Source: Octopus vulgaris (Eukaryota). Taken from it: DNA of 64,000 nt. Position numbers and translations under genes: made by a program. This document shows positions 28,184 through 39,811 of the stretch, in pieces. The first letter of the stretch is position 1. Each line of letters begins with the position of its first letter. The notes beneath the pieces were generated by a model. It was not told the DNA's origin. It saw only the letters and a list, made by a program, of their open reading frames with translations, and did no database searches. The DNA lies in contig OX597824.1 of NCBI GenBank assembly GCA_951406725.2, positions 9,672,001-9,736,000 on the forward strand, given 5' to 3'.

Positions 28184-28679
28184 GATGTGTTAACATCAAT
28201 GATGACAACGATATTGATGACGCTGACATTGATGATGATAATGACGATGATGATGAGCAAGAGGCGGAAGGGGAGGTGAAGGAAGAGGAAGAGAGCGGTG
28301 GTGGTAATGACGATGATGTCGAAGATGGTGATGACGTTGATGATTGCGGTGGTGGTGTTGGTGGTGGTGATGGTGATGGTGAAGACGTGGAGTGCCTTAT
28401 AAAGATATCGATGGCGATGATGGCGATTATGACGCCTTGCTTTAAAGATTTTAAAACAATGACGAAGAAATTTTATTTAAAAAAGTAAAATTTTCAAATA
28501 AAAAAAAATGATTAATTTATTAATTGCTTCTCCTAATTAGTCTACTACGTCGGAGGAAATTTCTGTTTCTTTTCAATTGCATAAACAACGAAGAATTGAA
28601 ATAACCTGTTAACATTTAAAGAAAAAAATAATGGTAATTCTTTCTACTATGGACACACGCCTGGAAAACTGAGGAAGAA

Positions 28680-28805
28680 GGTAAGTCGATTACATCGATC
28701 CCATTGCTCTACTAGTACTAATATTATCGATCCCGAAGGAACGAAAAGCAAATTCAGCCTCGGCGGAATTTGAACTCGGAAAGTGTAGAAGGGCGAAATG
28801 CCGTT
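28680..28805 (-). mobile_element. Old SINE family A fragment
   Basis: gtcgattacatcgatccc...cctcggcggaatttgaactc. Confidence 0.7.
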
Positions 28806-29920
28806 AAACATTCTATGAGTAACGATTTGTTTTTCTCTTCCACATCCCATATGAATATCATTTGATGTGCACACTCATTTAAGATAGGTACAAAAAGCCG
28901 AAAGTGAAAGTGCATTTATCATGAAACCGTTACTGCGAGGCCTTCTTTGAAAACATGAACTTTAACTAAAAAACGCATAGCTCTCCTGATTGGATACAGA
29001 TATCATACTGAGTAAAATCTGAGCTCTTTAAGTACTAGAAATCATGTATTTGACTAGAACAGATTCATTGGTTCACAGTACTTGGCTCAAATCCTCTTAT
29101 AGATATATTATACGTTATATAGAATCACCTTATCCAAAAGAAAGTTTTCTCAAATCCACCGAACAATACATGAATATGGATAACCGCTGGCTCACTGAAT
29201 ACTTTTGGTTTCAAACAGATTAAGTTTATTTTCTAATACTATTTCAATCCGCTTATATGTAAGATATTCTGTGAAAGAAAAGTAAAATTATTGTCTATAG
29301 ATTATTATCTTTCAATTGATTACCTTCGACCTGCCTGTCTCGAATCTGATCTTTCCTGCAATATTTAAACTGGTCTCTCGACCGATATGCTGGATGTTAT
29401 CTTTTTACTTATGACCCGAAGGCAGTTATTTATTGAGCTAATATATTTCAACTGTTAATCGTTAGATATTTCTCTATGAAGCAATATAATGATAAGAAAC
29501 TGAAAGATTACTATCTGCAGATATACATCAATAGCGTTGGTAGCCTCAATTCAGGTTTCCTAGTTTCAATTTTATATAAATTTCCTTATATAATTATTAC
29601 ATTTTGATAATTTCTTCACTAATTTTTATTTCCAAGACTGTAGAGAGAAAAATTTGAATGCGCTGCTAGTTATATAGCATTTGAATTCTTTATAAATCTA
29701 ACAAATTTAGTTGAAATTATTATCCTTCTTAAATGAGAATTCTGTTGCTACGGCTCTACATGTTATATAGAGTTACTTTCTAAACATTGAATAATTTATA
29801 TAAACTATATTTTTCAACGGGTTTGTTTATAGAAAATAGATAGACAGATAGATAGATAGATAGATAGATACATACATACATACATACATACATACATACA
29901 TACATACATACATACATACA

Positions 29921-29951
<31 letters not shown>

Positions 29952-30960
29952 GTTTCTTTATTGGCCATACAGGGCTGAACACAGAGTAGAGCTTTTCTTT
30001 TTGGGAAGAAGAGAAAAAAAAAGTGGGTCGAATTTCGATCAAAAGGGATCGTGAAAAAAAAAAGAAAAAGAAAAGCCGATCAATAGGGATCGTGAATCAC
30101 AGTAATGTCAATGTAAAAGAGGAAAACATTAGGTTTATCCGTGGAAAGAAAAGCCTACGGAAAAGACCACGGTAACCTCGGGTAATGGTGTCATGCAAAA
30201 AAAACACATTACAGTAAGTGACGCTCTTTTTTCCTTTCTTTTTTTGGTTCATAGGACTATTCTCAAGCTGGCTCCGTCATTCCACGTGCCATCCTTGCTA
30301 CATTCACCCATCTTTTTTTTAAACATTCACTAGACAAAACTTCCCTCTCTACTCTCACCTTCCTCTTAAAGTGATACTTGAAGAAGTTGATGAGAGATTG
30401 ACCAAAAGAGGAAAGTGTTTGTCTTTAGACTTTTCAGGCGCGTCCACCAGATACATTCTTTCGCCATAGCCACAAGTATGATAAAAATAGCTCTTCCTTC
30501 CCGTTTCAAGGAAGGAGGCATGACAGTATTCACGATACACTCAGCTGATAAACTGACTCGTCCCATACGTGACAGCAGTCGTTCGACATAGGCCCACAGG
30601 TCCGAAATGGTTGGACACTGCACGAGTGCGTGCAGAACGGTTTCGTCGATCTGACCGCATCTCGGGCAGGCCGGCACCGTGTTTCTCGAGCCACACCTGT
30701 AGAGCTTATCCCGAACAGGTAGCGCTTCTCGATAGCACTGCCAGGCCAGGGATCTCTGCAAGATATCCATAGGTCCCGGCCCGAAAGTCGTCTTGAACAG
30801 GCAGGTCAGGTATTCCTCGTTGACGCCCAGGTTCGCCCCGAGATCGACGTCGTAGTTTCCCTCCACTAATCCCCTATAGAATGTTTTGGTTGTGTTGCAG
30901 TCGCTCAAGGCCGACCCGGGACGGCAGAGTTGCTTGAGAGCGATGCGACACTCGCGGTGT
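29952..30960 (-). mobile_element. 5'-truncated Tx1/L1-clade LINE (ORF2 C-terminal zf-RVT domain plus 3'UTR)
   Basis: ORF 30366-30908: LAWQCYREALPVRDKL..CPRCGQIDETVLHALVQCPTISDLW..AKECIWWTR, the CCHC zf-RVT signature of L1/Tx1 ORF2. Flanked by (CATA)n and (GATA)n. Confidence 0.9.
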
Positions 30961-31040
<80 letters not shown>

Positions 31041-31139
31041 AAGATTCATAGATACATAGAGAGGTGAAATATATATACCTATACAATGCATATATGTAAC
31101 ATATGCATATATATAATATATGCATATACATACATCTGC

Positions 31140-31495
31140 CCCTACCTCTCCAACACCTTACCGACACCCATCACCGCCCCTATCACATCACAGATTCATT
31201 CACCAGCACCTCTAGCAGTGTAATCTACTACATCTCTCACTGATGTTCCCTGTACATTGGTCAAACTGTCCGACGTGGGCTAACCGGTTTGCAGAACGCC
31301 TCCGGAACAGCAAATTTGGTATTGACACCCTGGTTCCGCTCGACTGACCATTCCCTACAACATCTGTCTGCGTTTGGACTATCCTTGCATGGAGGCCACC
31401 CGGATTTCCGCCTCCCTCGAGATCAGGATTCTATTTTCCCTCTTCATTCCTCAATACCTCATGGCCTCTATTCCCCACCTCCGCTCACTTAAACC
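31140..31495 (+). mobile_element. Penelope-like element GIY-YIG endonuclease remnant (Neptune-like)
   Basis: Translation YHITDSFTSTSSSVIYYISH*CSLYIGQTVRR, frameshift, ANRFAERLR, then HSLQHLSAFGL..IF..PHGL; matches the PLE FTCxSxNVIY..YIGxTxRxL..RF.EH pattern. Confidence 0.8.
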
Positions 31496-31714
31496 TACTG
31501 CCACACACATTTACACACACCATTCACATCCCCCCACTGTCCTTCTCTCCTACTCCTCACACACTTTCTCTACACCGTTAGTCTTAGTACTTACATTACA
31601 CACACCACTGTGCCTCTACCACATATACATACACCTACACACACGCACATGCACACAGGCATTTCTTCCCACTCCACACACACCAGCAGCCACACTCACT
31701 TCTTTTCTCCCACG

Positions 31715-32436
31715 TGCGTGCATGTGTGTGTTTGTGCATGACGTGTGTGTGTGTGAGACACTGTTGTGTGCGTGTGGTGTTTATTATGTACGCTAATGCG
31801 TGAATATTGTGAGTGTTTACGCATGTGTATGTATGCGAGCGAAGTGCGTTATCAGCTTGTGTGCGTATATGGGGCTGTTGGATAAAGTGTGTGTGTGTGT
31901 ATGGAGATGATATGTATGTGTGGGACTATCTGATGTTTGTGTGGGCGAACCTGGGCGTCAACGAGGAATACCTGACCCGCCTGTTCAAGACGACTTTCGG
32001 GCCGGGACCTATGGATATCTTGCATAGATCCCTGGCCTGGCAGTGCTATCGAGAAGCGCTACCAGTTCGCGATAAGCTCTACAGGTGTGGCTCGAGAAAC
32101 ACGGTGCCGACCTGCCCGAGATGCGGTCAGAGCGACGAAACATCCTGCCACCCCTATTTCACATTGTACCTCTATCCAGGTTCAGCTACATACATCCCCC
32201 CACAACCCACACAAACATCAGATAGTCCCACACATGCATATCATCTCCATACACACACACACACTTTTTCCAACAGCCCCATATACGCACACAAGCTGAT
32301 AACGCACTTCACTCACATACATACACATGCGTAAACACACACAATATTCACGCATTAGCGTACATAATACACACCACACACACACAACAGTGTCTCACAC
32401 ACACACACGTCATGCACAAACACACACATGCACGCA
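31715..32436. repeat. Foldback: ~230-bp inverted arms around a spacer holding a copied Tx1 LINE segment
   Basis: 31715-31945 is the reverse complement of 32206-32436; 31943-32141 is the reverse complement of 30640-30838. Confidence 0.85.
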
Positions 32437-32809
32437 AGCGCTACATACGTGTTTCCACCCACACACAAACTTACATATATATGCACACACACACATACAC
32501 ACACACACATACACACACACACACATGTTAAACAGCCTCAATCATCCCCACACGTCCACAGACACATACAGAAATACACGCAGCACACACACATATACTT
32601 GTTTATTCCCGCACGTACATACACATGCATACACATACACATGCTCAAATTATCTTCATGTTTGCCCACACACACATGCTGGCCATACACACAAACATAC
32701 GCACACACACATGCACACATATACACATGCACATATTATCGTCACATATACACACACATGCTTGAGCACACTCACTTTAACTCGGCTATTACTGTATCAC
32801 TCGCCGCCC

Positions 32810-33060
32810 TTGTCGGCAGACGAAATACCTATTTCTTTACTACCCACAAAGGGCTAAACACAGGGGGGACAAACAAGGACAGACAAACGGATTCAGTCGA
32901 TTATATCGACCTCAGTGGGTAACTGGTACTTATTTAATCAACCCCGAAAGGATGAAAGGCAAAGTCGACCTCGGCGGAATTTGAACTCAGAACATACCAG
33001 CATCGAAATACTGCTAAGCATTTCGCCCGGCATGCTAACGATTCTGCCAGCACGATGCCT
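32810..33060 (-). mobile_element. SINE family A
   Basis: Reverse complement of the consensus, with the start of a second unit (gacgaaatacctatttc). Confidence 0.88.
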
Positions 33061-33062
33061 TA

Positions 33063-33145
<83 letters not shown>

Positions 33146-33221
33146 CAACAACAACAATAATAATAACTACAACAACAACAACAACAAAAACAGCAACAAC
33201 AACAACAACAATAATAATAAT

Positions 33222-33380
33222 AATACAGAAAATTGCACTACTAGGCACTGCCCACATTCTACGCAGAACACTTTCCATACAATAACCATCAGCGCATCAC
33301 AACAAAACACAGCACATACCTAAGGCACACAGAGCTGCGCTCGGTAGTGAAGTGAAAGCACGCTATAAAAAACACTGAAT
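33222..33380 (+). mobile_element. Dong/R4-clade LINE 3' end within (TAA)n
   Basis: IQKIALLGTAHILRRTLSIQ* C-terminal motif plus a short 3'UTR, flanked on both sides by (TAA)n. Confidence 0.8.
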
Positions 33381-33399
33381 GATAATAATAGTAATAATG

Positions 33400-33459
<60 letters not shown>

Positions 33460-33539
33460 CGTGGTATATTTCGATGTTGTGGTTTATCAAATGGAGTATT
33501 TAAGGGATTGGGAAGATGAATATTATAACATGAAATGCA

Positions 33540-34030
33540 TCACCCATAAATGGGATATCAAAAACCATCGATAAGACTTATCTCATTCCCGTAAGAAGTG
33601 AAAGAGGTTTGATAAACTGTGAAAACAGCATAAAAAGAAGAGAAAGCAATCGTGTTGAGTGTATAAAGAACAATGTTGAACCTTGGCTGATATCAATAAA
33701 ACAATACGGCATTTAACGGACCATTGAAAAGAATGATTATAAGAAAATAAATAGAAGTGACAGAGAGAAAAATTGAATAGGTAAAATGATCCATGGGTAA
33801 TATATAAGAGGCGTGAAAAATGGAGTAGATAAGCAAATGCGTTTGGAAAGGATGCGAAGATGAGACCTTGTGGTCAAAACGCAAGCCTTCATGTGTGCAG
33901 CATAAAAGCATGCGTTATGAATTAGTTATGTGAGATATAACATGGACAAAACTGTAAAATAGCCAATATATGTAGACTATGAGGAATGAAACGAGAAGCG
34001 GTAAATCACATTGTAAGCGGATGCCCTATG
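33540..34030 (+). mobile_element. Decayed Dong/R4-clade LINE internal fragment
   Basis: Broken translation DLVVKTQAFMCAA*KHAL*ISYVRYNMDKT..CRL*GMKREAVNHIVSGCP resembles the R4/Dong CCHC region. Confidence 0.7.
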
Positions 34031-34074
34031 CAGTACACTAACGCAAAAGTTATGCAAAAACATCAGCTTTCTAG

Positions 34075-34280
34075 TTTTAGCACAAGGCTTGTAAATATCG
34101 CGAAATGAGGTAAGTCGACTTTTTCGATCCCAGCAATCAACCGGTTTTTATTGTATCGACTCCGAAAGGATGAAAGGCAAAGTAGACCTCGGTGGAAGTT
34201 GAACTCAGAAAGTTAATACGGACGAAATGCCGCGATGCATTTTGTCCCACAGGCTAACAATTCTGCCACCTCGCCGCCTT
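34075..34280 (-). mobile_element. Old SINE family A copy
   Basis: cgactccgaaaggatgaaaggcaaagtagacctcgg..gaactcag..ttctgccacctcgccgcc. Confidence 0.8.
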
Positions 34281-34554
34281 AAAAGCAGTCATCATTTTAT
34301 GTGTATTGTACACTGGATGTTACGCAAGAAACATAAACTGAACAGAGGGTAACGTGACTTTGTGGTTTACAAACTCGCTTTGCAACCCTTGGTTTCAGGT
34401 TGAGTTTCTCCGAAGATGTCCTGAAGAAGGTATTATAACTCGAAATATAGAATTTCAAGGTAAAAGTATACACCATAGACTTGTATGATTTCTTAAAACT
34501 TGCATTTTTTTCGGATTTGAAATAAAAGGAAAAACGTATACATATGTATGTATA

Positions 34555-34727
34555 TATTTGTGTGTCTGTGTTTATCCCCCGCCATCGAGTAGTGGTTCGA
34601 CTAAAAAGATTGATAGAATAAGTACAAGGCTTACAAAGAATAAATCCTGCGATCGATTTGTTCGACTAAAGGCGGTGCTCCAGCATGCAGCAGTCAAATG
34701 ACTGAAACCAATAAATGAATAAAAGAG
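34555..34727 (+). mobile_element. SINE family B, 3' part
   Basis: gatagaataagtacaaggcttacaaagaat...ggcggtgctccagcatg..gtcaaatgactgaaac. Confidence 0.8.
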
Positions 34728-35094
34728 TATACACTCATGGCTCTGTCTTTACTTCATTTTGTATAAAAATCCTCTTGTAGTAACTCTAAACGGGAATAAG
34801 ACACGTTGGCAGAGTAAGTGTTCTTCGTAAAGACGATAACAATTTCATTTCACAACAGTTCGATTCGTGGGTCAACGCGCTCTGGGGATTTAAAGTTTAA
34901 ATTTATATTGCAGTAAGACCAGATATGTGATCTAGTGTAGTAATCTCTACAGCTTTTTACATTGTATCAGAGATTCAATTAATATGCTTACACGTCTTGT
35001 CTCTGACAAGAAATGCTGTGCCTTCCTGTAAATATATTTTCATATAATCTATAAAAGCGATTTGAAACTGGGAATAAAAACACTAAACTTATAT

Positions 35095-35125
35095 TTTAAA
35101 TATATATATATACATATATACATAC

Positions 35126-35219
<94 letters not shown>

Positions 35220-35229
35220 ATAGTAGAGG

Positions 35230-35268
<39 letters not shown>

Positions 35269-35323
35269 GTAATATATATATATATATATATATGGTTGTA
35301 TGTATGTATGAATTGATATTTAA

Positions 35324-35362
<39 letters not shown>

Positions 35363-35368
35363 TATATT
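35095..35368. repeat. (TA)n microsatellite
   Basis: Direct reading. Confidence 0.95.
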
Positions 35369-35855
35369 ACTTTAATATCAATTGGCTTGTAGAACCTCTC
35401 AGAAGCAATTTATAAAGATCGAAATCATCTGCTCGCAACACGCAAAATATTATTTAATATTATGTATATTTTATCTGAATAAGGTAATTATTATAAATAT
35501 GGCTTAACACCAGACCATGCATATAGCCTAATGGGATCCAGTTTTATATACATTTTAGAAGCATGTGTGTGTATTTCTGTGTGTACGCGCACTTTTATGT
35601 AAGTACGTGCTTATGTGTGTCTGGATTTGTACGCACGCACATACGTGTGTATGTGTGTGCGTATAATGCAAAGAGAAGCTTTTACTTAAAAATATCGTTT
35701 TTTGCATTTTGGGCAATGTTTAGCATATTTCCGTTTGAGCTTCTTTTCTTAATCTTTATTAATCATTAAATATGTTGCTGTATGCCGGAGTCCATAAGGG
35801 GGATGCTCGTACATATATTCCGCCTGCATTACGAATCCACACGCAGACAGATGGT

Positions 35856-36238
35856 GGAAGCACTCCGTCGGTTACGACGACGAGGGTTCCGCTTGATCCG
35901 AATCAACGGAACAGCCTGCTCGTGAAATTAACGTGTAAGTGGCTGAGCACTCCACAGACACGTGCACCCTTAACGTAGTTCTCGGGGATATTCAGCGTGA
36001 CACTGAGAGTGACAAGGCCGGCCCTTTTGAAATACAGGTACAACAGAAACAGGAAGTAAGAGTGAGAGAAAGTTGTGGTGAAAGAGTACAGCAGGGATCG
36101 CCACCACCCCCTGCCGGAGCCTCGTGGAGCTTTAGGTGTTTTCGCTCAATAAACACTCACAACGCCCGGTCTGGGAGTCGAAACCGCGATTCTGCGACCG
36201 CGAGTCCGCTGCCCTAACCACTGGGCCATTGCGCCTCC
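35856..36238 (-). mobile_element. SINE family C, full length (tail type 1)
   Basis: tRNA-like head ggaggcgcaatggcccagtggttagggcagcggactcgcggtc..ggtttcgactccc; tail ends aaccctcgtcgtcgtaaccgacggagtgc. Confidence 0.88.
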
Positions 36239-36427
36239 TCACGCAGACAGACATACTTGCACACACGTATATAGAGAGAAACGTACTTATATATGGGTGT
36301 CCGCGTATGTATATGATTGTGTGAGTGTGTATATGCGTGTGTTTGTGTATATGTAAGAGGTAGCTGTCACATGGGAACGTGTATATGTGTTTTGCTAATT
36401 GTCTTAAGTCGCTATGTAGTTATGGTA

Positions 36428-36683
36428 GAGGCGAAATGGCCCAATGCCTGGAGCAGCGGTCGTAGGATCGCGGTTTCGATTCCCAGACCGGGTGTTGTTA
36501 GTGTTTATTGAGCGAAAACACCTAAAGCTCCACAAGGCTCCGGCAGAGGGGTGGAGACGAACCCTGCTGTACACTTTCACCACAACTTTCTCTCACTTTT
36601 TCTTCCTGTTTCTGTTTCACGAGCAGGTTGTTCTGTGGATCGGATAAATTCGAACCCGCGTCCTCGTAACCGACGGAGTGCCA
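36428..36683 (+). mobile_element. SINE family C, internally deleted
   Basis: Same head, body and terminal cgtaaccgacggagtgc as 35856-36238, in the opposite orientation. Confidence 0.85.
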
Positions 36684-36954
36684 CGATGTAGTCATGAGCA
36701 TACATAATCGTCTTCTTGCTACTCTCCAACCCACTGGGCCAGGCAGTGCATCCAGGATATGGCAGATGGATGGAAAGAGAATTGAACCGACGCTGGTGCT
36801 CTGGCTGGCTTCCAATTTTTGCAGAGTATGTTGAAATAATGTGGAATTAATGTCTTGCTCAGAGGCACAATGTGCCGAGACACAATGTGCCATCCACGCA
36901 AGGGTGGTTGATCATGAGCCATGCACACGAACCACGGGACAACTGCCTTCACTG

Positions 36955-37210
36955 ATAGATAGACAGATAGATCTAATCTCATATACACACACATGTCTGT
37001 TTATATATATGTGTATATATATACATATATATTTAAATATATACATACATTATATACATATATATATATATACATACATAGACATACATACATTTGCATA
37101 CACACATGTTTACAAATAGGCATACGTATATATGTGTGCGTGTGTATACACATATACATATATGTGTCTGTATATATGCACATATACATAAATATATATA
37201 TATATATATG

Positions 37211-37265
<55 letters not shown>

Positions 37266-37305
37266 GTACATATACACACACAAATATACATATACATATA
37301 TATAT

Positions 37306-37384
<79 letters not shown>

Positions 37385-37803
37385 TGCGTGCATACATGCA
37401 CGTACTCGCATGCACATACACACACGTAAATAATCGCGTGCTCGCGCATGCGTTGTGTGTATGTGTGCGTATATGTTCGGGGTGGGGTGTATTCTAGTGG
37501 AAAAAAATTTATCTATGATTGAATGGATATTATATTACATCCATAAAATTTAAACTTTTCCTTTCAGAGAACAATCAGTCTTATCTAATCTGATCTCGTC
37601 TACCGCCATTGAATACAATTTTCGTATAATGACTTTTGAATTAATAATCACTTCTTCCGATAATCCGAAGATATTTGCAGCTTGGAAACAAAGACAAAAG
37701 TGTAGCAAAATTTTTCATCGGATTACCAGTCACTTAATGTATTAAACATTGCCAGGAAATTCAGTAGTAGCCGGGGAGATGATGTGGTGGTCGTCGTGGT
37801 GGG

Positions 37804-37869
<66 letters not shown>

Positions 37870-38118
37870 TATATGTATATGTATATATATATATGTATAT
37901 GTATGTATATATATGTATATGTATGTATATATGTATATGTATATATATATATATGTATGTATGTAAATATAGATACACACACATATATATATATATGCAT
38001 ACATAGATATATACATAAAGGTATATATATATATTTATACACATATATGAATATATATATGCATATAGGTATATATGTGTATATGTATATTACATACACA
38101 CACATATATATGTGTACT

Positions 38119-38157
<39 letters not shown>

Positions 38158-38225
38158 GTATATATTATATTATATTATATTATATTATATTATATTATAT
38201 TATATTATATTATATTATATACGTT
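36955..38225. repeat. (TA)/(TATG)/(GATA)/(TATAT) microsatellite region
   Basis: Direct reading; interrupted by unique sequence at ~37480-37810. Confidence 0.85.
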
Positions 38226-38500
38226 ATGTGAACATACGTGAGTGTGTGTGGTAGTGAGTCATACTTTATTCTCTGTTGTATATTCTGGTTTTCTGTGAAA
38301 CAGAATTCAACTCTTCGTTCCAAGATCGATATAATAAGCTTCAGTAATATATTGGTTTTGAGCTGATAAAAACTATTAAGTTTTTAGAAAGCAAAAACAT
38401 AAACGAAAATAGAAGGGATGTTTCCTATGTAATACAGGAATAATTGTTTCGCCTTAAGCGTTATTACTTTATTTCTAGTTATTATTTTACCTACTCCTTA

Positions 38501-38900
38501 AGGCTGCGATCTGGCAGAGTCGAATAGCACGCTGGATGAAATGCTTAGCGGTATTTCGTCTGCCGCTATGTTCTCATTTCAAATTCCGCCGAGGACGACT
38601 TTGCCTTTCATCCTTTCGGGGTCGATTAAATAAGTATCAGTTACGCACTGGGGGTCAATATAATAGACTTAATCCGTTTGTCTGTCCTTGTTTGTCCTCT
38701 CTGTGTTTAGCCCCTTGTGGGTAGCAAAGAAATAGGTATTTCGTCTACTGTTACATTCTGAGTTCTAATTCCGCCGAGATCGACTTTGCCTTTCGTCCTT
38801 TCTGGAACGATATATTAAGTATCAGCAAAACATTGGGGTCGATGTAATCGACTGGTCTTTCCCCCGCAATTTCAGACCTTGTGTCTATAGTAGAAAGGAT
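38501..38900 (+). mobile_element. SINE family A dimer (second unit has variant tail)
   Basis: Junction aagaaatag/gtatttc at ~38736. Confidence 0.85.
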
Positions 38901-39580
38901 TGTTTTTTTACCTACACCTGTCATTCACTTTCCAGTTCCCGCACAAAAATACTTCTGCCGTGACTAGCAAGTTTAGGTGTCTCCAAAAATGGACTTGGTA
39001 GCCCAATACCATCTTCATTCGATACGCCAATTTCTTTTTCTGCTATTTTCATTGTGCCAAGACTCCGTGCCAACATGTTACCCTATGCCTTCTCCAGACT
39101 GACACCCTTTGGCATTCTCTCAACAAATACTGACTTACAAATGTTGAAGATTGAGAAAACCTATAAAAAGTATGGTCACTTCCCTTCTGCCTCAGACTGG
39201 CTTTTTTAACAAGCGGAGTTTACAAAGATTGGAAATGTTGCGTGCCACAATTAATGTGTAGCCCTGTTTAGTATTGCTACCTGGCTTCTGTATGCTTTTA
39301 GAAGGGTCAATTCCATGACAAGATTTCCGACCAGGTCTACTAACTGGAATCATTTTTCTCCATTCATAGATGCTGACGTTCTTATTATGGCTAAATCATA
39401 AACACAAAAGCTTAATGACTGATATTTTAAATCTGTGGAGAAATAAAATCAAAGTTTTGACATTAATACTTTTCTCGAAGTCACAGGGAAAATAACGACG
39501 TACAAATATCCGAAAATGTGTCTTAGGGTCAGTTTTCTATGAGTGTAAATCTTACTTTTCGACAAGAATCATTCTTGCCA

Positions 39581-39811
39581 AGGTGGCGAGCTGGCAGAAA
39601 CGTTATCACGCCGGGCGAAATGCTAAGCGGTATTTCGTCTGCCACTACGTTCTGAGTTCAAGTTCCGCCGAGGTCGACTTTGCCTTTCATCCTTTCGGGG
39701 TCGATAAATTAAGTACCAGTTACGCACTGGGGTCGATGAAATCATCTTAATACCTTTGTCTGTCTTCGTTTGTCCCCTCTACGCTTAGACCCTTGTGGAC
39801 AATAAAGAAAT
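39581..39811 (+). mobile_element. SINE family A with TSD agaatcattcttg(c/t)caa
   Basis: Consensus match with duplicated flank. Confidence 0.9.

Noticed and set aside
34420-34450. cctgaagaagg..cgaaa hammerhead-like core
   Set aside because: Stem II pairs poorly and I could not find convincing stems I and III.
37568-37745. Possible terminal exon after ttttcctttcag (58 open codons)
   Set aside because: AT-rich, no recognisable protein, and within chance expectation.
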